A DNA stretch of 59,295 nucleotides, filler included, from Sphacelaria rigidula (GCA_964200075.2; 7 parts of 7 records of this genome joined end to end with filler, not necessarily neighbours in it), one strand, 5' to 3'. Counted from the first letter of the whole stretch, positions 11,180 to 25,006 are shown. Notes: a model not told the origin generated them from the letters alone. Program-made: numbers and translations.

Positions 11180-14110
11180 ACTAGGTATCGTATTGGGGAG
11201 CTCAAAGTGGCGACCTACAACGTCTGTAAACTGTCCCTCAAGGGAAAGAACGGGGTTGGTCATACTGAGGCTTTGGTAGAAATGTCAAACTGTAGGTTGG
11301 TCATGTCATCGGACTGGAGGAGACAAGGAGACCGGGCCGAATGAAATTCTCTGCTGCGAAATACCGTGTCTTCCGTCTCCCGGCTGCCAAAAGGGGGCAA
11401 GGGAGGGGCTGGACAACATGGAGTTGGGTTGGCGGTCAAGGGGTCGGTCATCAATAAGGTTACGTGAACCCAGGTGCTCATCAGCGAATGCCTCACGTCG
11501 ATGACGTTCAAAACCTGGTGGGCAATTCGAACGCTGTCACGTTTGTCGGTGCGTGTGCCCCTACAAACATATTCAACGTCAATAATAGCGATTCATTGGA
11601 TGTGTACGTATACAAAGGAATTGGGGGGAGTGGGGGGGGGGGGTATTAGAAGTGAGGACATGAGAAGATGGTACAGACATCGAACGGAAGAGTTGAAGTC
11701 TGCATCAAGGGCGACGGACGGGAACCTACTGTGGTGGGACAAAGGTCCCATCTGTGAGAGATGGGAACGGTACTTCTGCACTTTTGCTGACTGCCGTATC
11801 TGTAACTATCGACCGAGCCGTCATCGAGAACATTGCGCAACGACCGACAGCGTTTTCACTTCCAGACCCGCCAAGCCCGAGTGAAACTGAGGCGACCCTG
11901 AGAACCATTGCAGTCGCGATGAGCCCGGACGGACTACCTGCTGAACTCCTCATGCTTGGGTTGGCCAGGAAGCCTTCGGAGATGTTGCAACACTCCATCG
12001 CTTCGCTGCTCTTCGGACGTCTAGCGAGGTGCCGCAGGAGTTGAAAGGCACCAATTCAAAAATCCTGCACAAGGAGGAATAGGCCCGAGTGGGGTAATTA
12101 TAACGGCATCTCCGTCGTGGCACACGCTGGTAAAGCTCTCGTCGGAATCGTAGCCAACAGGCTCGATCATTTCTGTGAAGGGTCAGTGATTTTTCCGGAA
12201 GAGCAGCGCTGATCGTCACAGCGCCAACGATCAACCACCGACATGATCTTATTAGTACACCGACTACAGGAGTTGGCAAGAGGCGAGTAATGTCCCACCA
12301 AGCATATGCTTCATTGACCTTCAGAAGGCCTATGACACCGTCGAACAACATTCCCCGAACCGCGCGCCGCACCGTCTCCAGCGGCGTCTTTTCCAGGAAG
12401 TCACCATCCTCACTTTTTTGGTGCATCATCTAGATACCCCAAGTCTGAGATGATGACTGGGTCTACCGCGAAGCGCTGTAAGATCGCCTCGACCAAGGCT
12501 GCGCCGAAGATGTTGAACAGTAGTAGCGGGGACGAAACGCATCTTCGCCTGAGTCCCTGGTAGCAGACGTGGAACCACGCTGATAGTTCCGTCATCATCT
12601 AGCTGTCTGTACCCGACCTCGCGTGCCATCGTGGAACATACGGATGGCCTTCATCACCCTCGGCGGGACTCCGAACTGGGCAAGCTGGCGCTGGCATACT
12701 CTCGGAGTCCCCTGGCGGTACTTGCTAGAATGATGGCCGTAGCAGTGCTGGCCCGTCAGGAGTTCGGATTGACGATATCGGACAGCAAGGCAGAGATCAT
12801 ATGCCTGTGGTCTAGAGCTCGGAAATGGTTTGTCTAACCGTTAACCAGTTGAATGGTTACGCGTAGCTCACTCATTAACCAGTTAAATGGTACATGATGG
12901 TTTGGTCATCGAGCGGCGCAGCCGCGAGCCAAAAAGCCTCCCTCTGCCGAGCGGCCCCCGCCGGAGGCGCCGTCATACGGGAGGCACGTTTTTACGGGGT
13001 TTGGCTTCACTAGAGCTAAGAAAAACGTTGAATTTGGGTCAATTTTCAAGGGCTGCATGTAGCGTACGTAGCCGGTAACAGCTTATAAAGCCGGTAACGG
13101 TAAATAATGGTTTGAAACCTTTATTCAAAATTTCCATGTAGCCATTGCCATTATTACCATTATAATGATAATGGCCATTTATAACTGGTACCATTTCCGA
13201 GCTCTACTGTGGTCAGTACCCAGCTCCGCAGAGACTGCATTGCAAATCAAGGTGGGAAGTCGACGGTATATACGCAAACGGCCGAGTTCGGTGGCACTGT
13301 TAGCGCAGATACAAATGTTACAATCGAAATCAACCACCGCATCAGCCATGCTGCGAGCACGCCTCCGGAAGCAGTATAGTTCCCAAATTCTACGATCGAC
13401 CCAACGCCCAACGCTACCTCTGAAAATCCGGCTGCTCAAAGCGGAGGTGGTGAAAAGCTTATGCTGTACGGATGAGGGTGCTACATGGAGACTATTTATT
13501 TCGCACAGATCTGTGCTTGAGATCAGCAATTGCGAACGTATCGAGACGGCGATCCGCAGGCGTCAGCTCTGGTTCGCGGGGGCCCTTGTCCGGCAGGACG
13601 AATATATAAGTCCTCCAAACCAGCAGTCCACTGTGTTTGTTTGACGTGAGTTGACGCGGCGCGGGAGTGGTGATAGTCATGACCCAATCCGCGAGACCAA
13701 AATGCAAGGCGTGTACCGGGGGGAAAGATGGGTTAATCCCTTGAGACCACGGACTCGTCCCGAGGAAGGGGAGATGTTCAAAGGGCGACAAAAGAAACAA
13801 AAAAACGCACCGTCATCGGGCGGTCAGCCAGACGAGGACCCAAGGAGGCCGACCGCCCCCACCCCCCCCCCCTCCCGAAGGGGGACCGTCTCGAAGAGAA
13901 CCTGCATGCGCTATGATAGGGGCTCTTCCACATGGAGGAGCACGACGGAAGTTGTTTGTTCACCTTGTGGAGGTCAAAGGCGCACACAAGTGGATCACTG
14001 CGGCGAAGAACACGAGCAAATGTGATCTTGGAGTCGAGACAGGGGCGCAGGAGTTCGAGGACACGTGGCGACGCGAAGGCAGACTCAGGTTGAACCTTCG
14101 CTACAAACAA
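11180..14110 (+). mobile_element. Decayed RTE-clade LINE (APE + RT) with internal inversion and hAT MITE insertion
   Basis: APE motifs LKVATYNV, GLEETRR, GQHGVGLAVK, FVGACAPT; RT motifs SPDGLPAELL and IDLQKAYDTV; C-terminal LPLKIRLLKAEVV and RRRQLWFAGALVRQ. A T-rich tail follows to ~15100. Boundaries approximate. Confidence 0.85.
12813..13206. mobile_element. hAT-family MITE
   Basis: 17-bp TIRs TAGAGCTCGGAAATGGT / ACCATTTCCGAGCTCTA; perfect 8-bp TSD CTGTGGTC (12805-12812, 13207-13214). The LINE frame continues across it (ICLWS|VPSSAE). Confidence 0.93.
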
Positions 14111-15283
14111 GAGATGGTTGCTTTGAGAGTCGTCAATCGGAGAGCCGCCACCGCTGACCCAAGAACGGCGGCAGCTCGCGAGGAATTCAGGGTGGAAATG
14201 GTCGATGGTGTGGAACGCTGTTGTATCATCCGACTAGGCACGAGTGGGGAAGGAAGGGGGCGTACTCATTTGTTGCTTGCCTTGGTGGTTTGACCATTGA
14301 CCACGCATCCCTTCCGAGTGGGAGAGGGGGAAGAGGGGAGTGGAGAAAAGGGGGGAGGGGGGATGAGACGGAAACCGATTTGCCCTCTTCTTCTCTTATC
14401 GGGTGTTGGATATTTGTTGACTTGTGGTCCTTTGGTGTTCCCTGGATTTGCTTTGGCACATACTGTACTTGGTCCTTGGATTTCATCGCTCCCGTCTTTT
14501 CTTCCTCTCTGTTCTCTTACCGTTCATCTCTCTCTCTCTCTCTTGTTGTTTTTTTCCTCTCAGTGTTCAAACTGTAGAATTTTGGTGCCTTGCGTCCGTA
14601 GGGCTCATGGGTGAGAGCTCACGCCCACATCGTGTGGTCCGAAATAGCTGGGCCCCAATCTGCTCCCACGGCCCTTTAGTTTTCATCGATGGGTGCATGT
14701 ATGTTTTGCGCACGGCCTTTATCTACCTGAAGCCATGCTGCAGGGGCCGACCATTCTCAGCTTTTTTTTTTCGAGTGGTGATTTCGTTATTATTTTTTAT
14801 TATTTTTCAATTAGTTTGCTCTTCATCATCGACAGCCTTTTTTTTTCTTCCTTTTTTCAGTTTATCTCCTTTCCTTTCCTTTCCTTTCTTTTCCTTTTTC
14901 GGCTTGGTTGTTGCTTTCGCTTTTGCTTTTGTTCTCGTTCTCTTTTTGCATTTTTTTTGTTCTTATTTTTCGCGTTTACTACGGTTGCTCCATGTTTTTG
15001 TTTTCCCCCACTTTTTTTCGTTTTTTTTCCCAGCGAGTGTGTCCATTTTGTTTACCTTGGGCACGTCCATCTTGTGGATAATGACCACGATTAGATCCCT
15101 CGGAGATCGGTTAAAACGTGCACGCCCTGAACAAGATATTACAACGTCAGAAACAATGTACTGCGTACAGTATGGAATATATTCTCTAGTTGCAATAGAC
15201 ACAATGCTCGATACTGTAGCCTGTACATTTCTTCACAGTGTAGTTCACTGTCATTGTCCAGGGTGTGAAAATGTGTGACCATG

Positions 15284-15500
15284 GAGAGTTTCGGAAAACG
15301 CTTTTTCGTCATTTTAGAGTGCACATATCTCAGGATCAGAGTGTAACGAAAAATTATTTCCCCTCCCCCCCGTCAAATGTGGTATCCTTTTCTTTTCTTT
15401 TTTTAACTTTTTTGCTTGATGAGTTTTTATTTTTATTCTGCACTCTGATCCTGAGATATTTGCACTCTGAAATGACGAAAAAGTGTTTCCCGACACTCTC
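15284..15500. mobile_element. MITE-like element with ~60-bp imperfect TIRs
   Basis: GAGAGTTTCGGAAAACGC...GATCAGAGTG is mirrored by CACTCTGATC...CCCGACACTCTC. No TSD found. Confidence 0.7.
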
Positions 15501-18500
15501 TAATCAATCAACAATCAACACTATGGCGCCTGATTGTGATCCATATTTATCTTGCATATACAATAATCAACGACGATGGTTGAAATTACGATCTATCATC
15601 AGACTTTTGCACAAATCACTCCCAACCCAAAAATAGAAATGATTGTTTAGTAGATAATTAACATATTCATATTAACTGATTAATTAATCAGAAATTGTTT
15701 GAGGATGGACAGTTGGGCGGTTGGTTGGGATCGAATTTTATTTTTTTGGACAAGGAAAAGACAAAATATATCGACTATCTCATTCCACATTTTTGTCCCT
15801 GCCCTGTCCCCCTCCAACGCACAATGATGACACGGACGACCCCGGGAACGCGAACGGGTTGTGAGCGAGAACAGGCGGGCATCGACTGACAGCGTGCACA
15901 GGCGCCCCAGCTTGCACTACAGCAGCAAGTGCTCCGACTGGAAATCGGCCCAGGCTGCAGAAGCGGAGCGATCGGCGCCAAAAGTGTCTGCCAACGTATC
16001 TCGGTAAGACTTTTCCCTTTTTTTTTTTTTCGGTGATACCTCAAAAAGAACCCCACATCCTGTCCCGCTACAGAACAGTGCGCAGGTTAATTAAAGCAGC
16101 ATGTTTTTTCTTCTTCTTTTTCATCGTTTTTATATTATTATTAGTCATTTATTAGGCTTGTTCGCGGAGGTGTGGATAATAACACATACCCGTGGGGACA
16201 ATTTTCCTCGACGAGAGAGTCGTGCTCTGGTGGGGGGGGGGGGGATGCGCAAGCTTTTTATGGGCCGGCGTACCGGAGTTTGATACGGGCCATCGTACAC
16301 TGGAACCAGGTACAGTTAGGATAAAAGTAGCTTCTGAGAGTGCGACGATTCTCTCGCAGACAAGCACCACAGAACGTGAAAAACGTCGTTGTGTTGTCTC
16401 GCAATTTGACAACACCTCGGACAAGTTTTTGGCGAAGAAAATGTAACCCTACCGCAGCACGACTCAAGGGTCTGTGTGGGACTTAACACCCCCCCCCCCC
16501 CCCCCCTTTCCTGGGGGCGGGGTGTGTTTCTTTCCCCAAGGGGTTACCNNNNNNNNNNAGGTCCCCCCACCGCAGCCAGCCTCAGGGGTCTGGGTGGGAC
16601 TTAACCCCCCCCCCCCCCCCGTTTTGCATGGGGTCGGTGTGTGTCTCTGAACGAAGGATGTAACCATAATAACCCCAAGTTAGGACGGATTTCGTGTCGT
16701 CGAATCCGGACAGTACATGAAAGTTATGTTTTTTTTGTGGTTTCCGTCGTCCAATGATGTGTAAACGAGAGGTGGGTAACTCTTGCAAACCCTTGGACAG
16801 CGTTTTTTTTTTTTTCAAGTGAATATTGATGCCGGTTCAGCAGGTGACCTACCCACGCGGTCAAAAGGGTAANNNNNNNNNNNNNNNNNNNNNNNNNNNN
16901 NNNNNNNNNNNNNNNNTTAATTAATTAANNNNNNNNNNNNNNNNNNNNNNNNNNNNNNNNNNNNNNNNNNNNGTTGTGTTTTCGAAAAACATCAACGAGT
17001 GCACTCGTCTCGACGAGTGACGGCTCGTCCGACGTATGGAAAGTTTCGATGTCACCAGCCAAGACTGCTGCCAAGATAATACAAACCCCCCCCGAACCGG
17101 CCAAAAGATTGCACGGAGGCGGTGATCGTCTATGCCTTTAGAGCTGATTGCGAGCTTCTACACGCCCTTCATGTGGTCGAAAAGCTGTAGACAGGCCCAT
17201 TACAGAGATTGCAACCGGTTTGTCGGACAATCTCCGGTGCACATGTTGGGGGAGGGGGGGGGGGGAGGCAACCTCTACAGTAGGGCCCGGGTCGATTAAT
17301 GACGTACCTGGTGCTTTTCCAGGGTTCTATTNNNNNNNNNNCTTCATGGGGTAGAAAAGAGGAAGACGGGCCCATAACAGAGATGGCAACGGGTTTGGCG
17401 GACAACCTCCGGTGCAGAGGGGGGGGGGGGGGGGGGGGGAGGCAACCTCTACAGTAGGGCCCGGGTCGATTAATGACGTACCTGGTGCTTTTCCAGCGTT
17501 CTATTGGGGTCCGACAGCATATGTTTCTTCAAGTCGACTGGGTTTCAGGACCCGGAGTGCCGGTGCCATGACCATTCTCTAATTTCTCCACAAGCGCCAT
17601 CAACAGAGCATGAGCTGTGGGATTTTCGTTCACATAAGCACCATATTCTGCTCGCCCTGAACGGGATGGCCAGATATGTGCACAGTCGACACTGGAATAA
17701 ATTGTGAGTGGAGCTGGGGGTGGACAAAGTGAAATTGAGGTATACATGTAGGAGACGATGTCCCCTAGTCGCGCTTCTTGTGGCCAATCGTGCCCCAAAG
17801 AATATCAATGACGTTTACTGTTCGGTAAATTTCCCGATGTGGATTAATTACTGTTGGGAAATATTAGAATGGCGCCCGCATCACATGTCCAGTACCAATG
17901 TACCGCGCCGTATTCGGAACGGTTTTCGATGTGAGACAAAACATAGTGAGTGACTTCCGATCTCGGGTTTCGATGTCTGCCCCTCTTCCGCATCATGCTA
18001 CCAACAAAGCTCCCGGCTGTAGAGGAGCAATATATTACGCTGGACGCCAAACAGGCGATTGTTGTGAAAGAGGATCCGTCCATTTCCATTCTTGGCCCGA
18101 TGGAGAAAAAATTTACAGCACCCTCTTTGCTGTCGTCATTCGTTTGGGGATAATTCTTCGGCGGCACGCCATGTCATTTACATCCTGTAAAGCGTCAGCA
18201 AGCGTTGCTTGGTTTGCGGGGGAAGAACACACGGCAGGCGTTTCCCCTCACAATTATAGTTTTGTGGCAAGTACAAGACCGAAAAACAAGAAACTAATGG
18301 GCACCTGGCAGTACAAAACAACAGCCACCTATCTATGCAAGTTTTGTAGCCCCCCGTCTAGAGGAAGGACCGCATTCTCGGGAATAAAGCGAAGACGTAT
18401 TTCCCGAATGCAAGGGTGGTCGAGGTTGCCGAGTATCTCCCACAACAGTACTCGAGATCAACACTACAGACATGAGTGAAAGACTAACGCATCTCCCGAT

Positions 18501-19049
18501 CAGTCATGTGCAACGAACGACGGACTGCATGAAAATATTTTCCCGATGGACGATGTTTGTCCCAGCCCTCGTTCTCTCCCCTCTCCGACCGATGAGCACA
18601 ATTACGCATCAACAGGAGCCTCAACTTGAAGTATGCACTTTAATTGCCCTCTCGTGATGCTGAAATAGCGCATACTTACCGAGTCGAGAGCGGATACGGA
18701 GTTCGCGGACAGACACTCAACAAACCCCAGACCACGGCACACACGATCGGCCCCATCTGGCTTCAAAACGTCATCCTATGGGCCTCGAGTTGGACAATAA
18801 CGTGCATCACTCGATCATCCGTCTGCGCACGGTACGTTCATCTCGACTCCGTTTCGACACCAATTCAGAAACGCAAGGAAAACCATGGAAGGGTAAAACG
18901 GTGGGAGGCCCCCCTGTCCTCTACTGGAAAATCAAAGTCTCCACCATATCCCGAGCAGAACATGACGGTGAACAGGCTCGGGCTGCTTAAACCGAAACTG
19001 TCCAAAAACTCCTTCCGACGGTTGTTCTTCATTCTCCTTGAATGTTGTT

Positions 19050-22000
19050 TCAGTTTTGGAGTACGCCCGTGTGGGTGATCGACTCTTGCGCGATCATGCC
19101 CGCGACGCCGAGCATTGCCAAACGACCGTTCTTGAGCTCCCTCAGTTGCACCTTCTCCCATGCCTCGGGTTCGGAGGGCCTGCGCAACACGAGAAATGTT
19201 TCAGCACCACGGTATGAATCCTGAAAATTACGAACTCGATTTTCATCAACGCTGTGCCTGGCCGCACCAACGACAGCTCAGGACGTTCAAGAAAATGTGA
19301 GGAATGATGTCGATAACCAGACCAGAACCGACAACCTCAATCGGGCGATGATGCCTCAGAAATCCTCGAGATTGACCGTCGAGGGAATCATCACTACTGG
19401 AATGACTGAAAATGATGCCGATTCGAAAAAATTCACGTATGGGTTCCACAGGAGTTAGAAGCAAGGAGGGTATTCCGAACCCCTTTTACCCACCTCCACC
19501 ATTTTCGCAATACGACTCATCCTATGGTTTTCGAGGGCACGGCGTTGGGGACGTGGGGATCTTACAACACATCAACAGATGACATAATTCGTGCTTGTAC
19601 CTGAGTCCAAGGGGGTCCCATCCGAGGTCGCCACCGTTGGGGGTCAACTCCTGCTGCTTGTTGGTCCACACCTCAGCTGCGAAAATCGCGAGGAAGATCT
19701 GCACAAAGGCCAGCGGACGCTGCTCGTAGACCTGCACAAGCACGGGTGAAGCGTGCGGACAGGCAGCAGTCAAAGCACGATCGTTGAGTTTCAAACGGGT
19801 ATGGACTAGCGAATCATGGGGGAGAGGAGGAGCTACATGCGGGAACATACCGTGGGTTGGCGACGATTGATGAAAGAAGGTTGATGAGCATGATGAGCAT
19901 GATTTTGTCAGTTATGATGTATCGTGCAAGAATATCGCATTTGTTTTTGATGAGTTTCATGGTTCCTTCGTTCGCTACATCGAGCACGAAAGATCGTGTT
20001 CAACTTTGTCCCATGTTTTGTTGGGTGCTCTTCAGTGAGAGTTGAGCAGCAACGACCTTGCGGCATGTCACCAGGTAAATGACACGAGCAAAGTAGCAAG
20101 ATGTTTCACGCTCCGTCACGTGCATTTCGGCAACAGTCAAGAAGCGTCGACCCAGCGACATGGCACCAGTGACACATGCAAAATCGAACCATGATGGGAA
20201 AACGAGGATATGACCTTACAGATCAAGTATTTCCCGTGAACGCAAGTTGGGTTCGACACACACACGAGCACAGTGAATCAGCTGGCCTGCGAAAGGTAGC
20301 TATAATTAAAGCTCTCATACGAATGCCAAGGTGTCCTCGCCGACACGATTACACGGATAATAGCTCATGGGCGGGATACTCGCAGGTACCTGCTGCATGG
20401 CGCCCCATGGTGTCGGGTTGTCGAAGATTCCGGAAGCGTCGTTCCAGTGGATTCCGTACGACTGGACAAACTGCCCAAACGCAGCGAGCATGCAGATACG
20501 CCCGTGCTTGAGCTCCGCCGCCCGGTACCTTTACAGCATTTACGATACGCAGCAACACACGTTGTTCATTGACGGATTCCGGTGTCAAGTACGGGATGTC
20601 ACCAAGTAAGGTGCGCAATGAGGCATGCCGATCCGTGAGTAAATGGACGTGCCAGTCGACAACTACAGGCGCACTCCTCGTCTTGTCCACATCAAACGCA
20701 CAGCAATTTTGCTCGCGTAAGTGTAATACAATACCACTCGCGACAACTGATGCACGGGCAGGATCGGCTAATCCTCACATAAAATCGGTCCCATTACGAA
20801 TTCGACGACAAGGTTTCTCTGGCGATCGGAATGTGACCGTTCAGATCACGTAGCGCGCGACACAACGAAAGGACATGGGCAGGAGCGAATCATCTGCAAG
20901 TATCGGAGCCGATATCGAGTTCATGACTTCTCTTGTCATGTAGCTTGCGGGTACAGAAGTCTATCCTCCTCGTAATACAGCTCAACACATGGTGGACTAT
21001 ATTGGCATTACATGAACTCACCACTGCATCTGCTCAGGGGGGCAGTTCCTGCCGAAGCCGAGAGGGTCGAACTGGCCACCAGTCTCGATATCGAAGCCCA
21101 CAAGACCATCCACCGCGCTAGTGGATGCCGGCGGCGGCGGCGGCGGCGGCGCCTTCCTCGCCATTTGCAGGCTGGTGGAGGTGCCCGGAACACGAGTAGT
21201 AAACCGGCATTACACGAGAAAAAGGAAGTTTCGACGTCAGGAATCGGTGTCACGCAAGTCGACAGTTGGGTCAAGTCTGAGTGAAGACTCCTCTGGTCGA
21301 ATAAATATACATCGAGTGTTATCGAACGCACTCTTCTTCGCCTACCAACAGCAGATCAACATACGGTTATCTGCAATGGGTGTGGTCTCGACGAGGATGA
21401 TCATCTGTAGGGGGGTAGCAAGACTGGAGACCGATATCAAAAGAAATCTCGTCACGTCAGCCCGCTCTCTACTGCCGAACTAATGGGACCCGGTGACAAA
21501 ACCTACCTAGTGATTTTTGACGGGTTTCATGTTCACGTGAAAGCGTTTGCCGAACGCCAGTAACCCTAGGCACAACAGGTGTTGAGATATCTCACATTTA
21601 GCCATCCACTGTGCTTTTGATGTTGTCCAACAAGTGACTCAAGGGTTGATGGTTCTTTGTCAGTTAACACCAACTCGAAGTATCCCCTTTGACAGCGAGT
21701 GTAGTGCGAGTGTAGAGTAGCTGTGAGGATTCCTCGAAGGGCCGTGCCGTACCTAGTGTTCGACATGCGGACGATCTCGATTTCGTGGAATGCTCATCAT
21801 GGGCGGGGTCTGTATGTTTGTTTACAACTTTCAGTGGAGGGTATTCGACATGTCTTTTTCTCATGACAACAAGCCATATTTCGTCAAGGTTGGAATATCA
21901 GAACCAGTTCCGAATGTGACCTGTTCGAAGCTGACTTCGCTCATGAACATCAATTTCAGTCTCGTGGAGTGACTGATCAACAGAAGCGGCCGATATCACC

Positions 22001-24172
22001 ATCGAGGGCTACCAGTCAACCATCGAGAGGGGAAGGGGAAGGACAAAGTGCATATACTGCAGTTCTTCCGGAAATATTGAGCCCGTCCGGGAGCACCGAT
22101 ACCACGCGTTCAGCGCGATATTAGAAGATACAAGGTACACAGCAGGGAGTGATCGGTGGAAGAAGTCCAACGAGAGCAGTTAATGTTTTTTTCAGGCGTA
22201 GACGTGTGTAATCTCAGACATTATGGTTATGCCGTCAATTTTCTATAGAATCACTGTGCGCGCGGTCACGGGGTTGAAACGCTGCAAAACCTCGGCATCG
22301 TCTTCAAGGGTTCAGAGATGGCTCGAAATTGATGACAGGCGTTCCCAAGACGCTGTATGGGGTACTTCAACAGGAAGTTGTTCATGGGCGCGGGGGTTGG
22401 TAGCCAGCAGGGTACAAATTTCCGCGCGTACGATCAAGCATGTATTTGTTGAAAATGTTGCTGTGGGCACAAATTAGCCGATCTTCCACAAACCCCGAGA
22501 AGCGCATCATGGACAGACACGGAGCCTCACGTGATGAGGGCGGTGCTTGGCGTTGTGTTTGTGAATACTTGTCGAAGTTATGCTCGTATGAACATTTTCA
22601 ACGATCTCTTCCATGCCGCCGGGACTTGGCTCACAGTTTCTCTTCTGGTCACCTTTGGCTGAGGGGCGGTTGATGGAAGGACTGCACTTCTCACGAACGA
22701 AGTAAACACGGCGTTATCGCTCAGTCAGGTGCAAACTGGACGTTCAAGACTGCAGTGCGGTCGACTGTCGGAAATGTTGCGTGCAGTTATCCTCCTTCCT
22801 TCCTGACTGTAAAATCTAGTGTGCTACACAAGTGCTGTCTGTACGGGGTAAAATTGGAAAGAATGCACAACAGGTCCTATTAATCTTCACCTCAAATCAC
22901 TGATTTACACCAGTTCTTGCATGTGAGGAGTGAGTGGCACGCGGAGGACTGTAACGAAATCCCGGTCGTGCCTCCGCCGTTCGTCATGAACGAGCACTGC
23001 AACTTATTCGCTCAGTGGCGGATGTGAAGTCCTTGTAACGAAATCCTACGATGGTGACGTTTAGTGCTGCATGCTACGCCGAGCTGTCTACAACAAGTCA
23101 ACAAGCCAAGTATTGAACCCAGAGAGGAAAAAAACAGCAGGATGTCTCGAGTTTTTGAAGAGATTTCATTCCCAGCGCAGTTCGGTGTGGGGTTTGCAGT
23201 GTCCCCTCAGCAGGGACACCCTTGATTTTCTCGAACGCTCACTGCACGGACACGTCAGTACTAGCAAAGGATAACAAGTACTCTAGCGAGTGTGTTTCTG
23301 TTCGAGGCCAATCAATAAAACTGAGCCTCGAAGAAGAGGACTCTCGGTTGTTCGTGTTCGACGACGCCAGGGTCCTTGCGCCTCGAGTTCAGTGTCGTGA
23401 CCAGCAGGCGAAAGCTGAACGGCTACTCCGTGTTCGCACATGACGTGAACGCTGTTATGAACAAGAGGAGGCCCCCATAGATGCTTTAGATCAACAAAAC
23501 CGCGAACCGGGAATTTTGTCATGTTCCCGGCTTGGCTGATTCAGGTCGAAAAGATCATGTATCGGAACTAGGGGCAAGCTGTCATGAAATAAATGCTACA
23601 ACTTCACGAGTGATCGAGACAGGGTAGGGACGCGTCGGATTCAATCCTATAGCAGGAACGGGAAAGGTCATGAAGCCCGTACTACATGATCTGATCAGCA
23701 CCCAGCTTCTTCCGTTGCCGGGAACAGAATTGAGTGCTTCGAGGTCAACCTTGCACTCGTAGACCTAGACTGACACATACGCGAGGAACGCGGCAGGTGA
23801 ACGTATGTTTACAGTAACGATGAAACCTCTGTTTGAAGACATGCTAAATGTCGACACTCCTCAAGGTCTCCTGTACACCATGCTAGGTGGGGCTTTGCCG
23901 TCAGTCCACTTCATACTCTTCGTGCCGTCCGCTTTGCTTCAAGCCCAAGACGGACAGTGACCCAAAGGCTCGTTATCGTAGATGGAGCGTGGTCCACACC
24001 CATCTTATTACTTGCGTTTAGTGGAGGCAGCACGCTTGAGCAGAGCTCGTGCGTCTTCTTCTCACCTTGACCCGGAGTTGCGAGACGCGGTTGCCCTCCC
24101 GTTGATGGGGGTGCTTGGTACGAACGCAGCGGCAGACGCCACCATCACGGCGAGAACGGCCACAGACTTCAT
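19050..24172 (-). CDS. Light-harvesting complex protein (LHC / fucoxanthin-chlorophyll a/c-binding protein), 5 exons, 218 aa, plastid-targeted
   Basis: Exons 24172-24066, 21171-21022, 20528-20390, 19731-19601, 19179-19050. All introns GT-AG, phases consistent, total 657 nt. Translation: MKSVAVLAVMVASAAAFVPSTP...FDPLGFG...WYRAAELKHGRICMLA...VQIFLAIFAAEVW...GDLGWDPLGLRP...LRELKNGRLAMLGVAGMIAQE...QN*. Both LHC helix motifs (ELKHGR, ELKNGR) and the AAA-F signal cleavage motif are present. Subfamily not assigned. Confidence 0.95.
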
Positions 24173-24936
24173 TGCGCTTGCTTTCCGGGTTTGACGTGAG
24201 ACGAGGTGGTATGAAATTCGAATAACCTCCGGGGTGTGGCAGCTGAGTAATACTCTGTCTGGCGAGGACAGCTCTGTTATAATGCTCTAGGCCCTACAGT
24301 CATTCAAAACGTGAAACACAAACGTTAGAGGTAGTCGAGAAAACAAAGAAAGAAAAAAAAAAAGATCTCCTCAATCTATGGAAAATGGCTATCTGTATTT
24401 GTGGTGATGGCAAAAACATGCCTCCTTGCACGTCGGAACCGGTTTTTTCTCGGTTCCAAAATGTTTGTGTCGGGACCCGGGTTGACGGGTTTCGTTTTTC
24501 TTTTTTCTTTTTTACTGGAGAGGTGGTGTACAATAGATCCTTTCGCGGCCGAGGGGCATACCCAGGAAAGCTGTCTCCGGTGTAGCATTCTATTTGTACG
24601 GTGCTGCGGAGTTATCGAGTTGGAGAAGTTCTAGAGTGGCAGCAGTGCTCCTAGGTCCTGCTTGACGCGAAGAAGTTTCTGCTGAGTTGCTGTGGACTGT
24701 AGACAAAAAGAGTGCAAACAGCGTTAGTTGCTTCGCCATATCTTGCTGAGGGGAGAGGAAGAGAGAAGACCCACAGACGAGAACTACCGCAACTTGGGAG
24801 AGCAACGGGAAAGCTTGTTGCACAGCGGCTTTTGTTTAACAGACAAACGTTGTTGGTAGCTTCTGAACGACGGGAGTGCGGGCGGCACTGGGCTGTGTTC
24901 TAAAAAAGAACAGCTGCTGCAGGCATCTCGTTGGAA

Positions 24937-24978
24937 TTTGCGCGAAAGTCCCCCCACATTTTTGAGCGACCAATCACA
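24937..24978 (+). promoter_or_regulatory. Candidate E2F-like site (TTTGCGCGAAA) and CCAAT box upstream of a putative divergent gene
   Basis: Motif match only; lies 30-70 nt upstream of the ATG at 25007. Confidence 0.25.
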
Positions 24979-25006
24979 CAGCACTGACAGCAAACGACGG
25001 AGCGAA

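Noticed and set aside
14424-15278. 284-aa Phe-rich ORF and similar ORFs at 10171-10506 and 43461-43863
   Set aside because: Low-complexity T-rich LINE tails, not membrane proteins.
16240-16450. Possible SINE body
   Set aside because: Only a degenerate box B-like string and no second copy in the window.
17190-17506. ~140-bp direct repeat flanking a 10-N gap
   Set aside because: Typical of overlapping gap flanks around a poly(G) tract; probably an assembly artefact.
17500-18200. Possible decayed helicase or transposase exons (e.g. QRISMTFTVR*ISRCGLITVGKY)
   Set aside because: Only a faint resemblance to Pif1/Helitron helicase motifs, with stops in every frame; not supportable.
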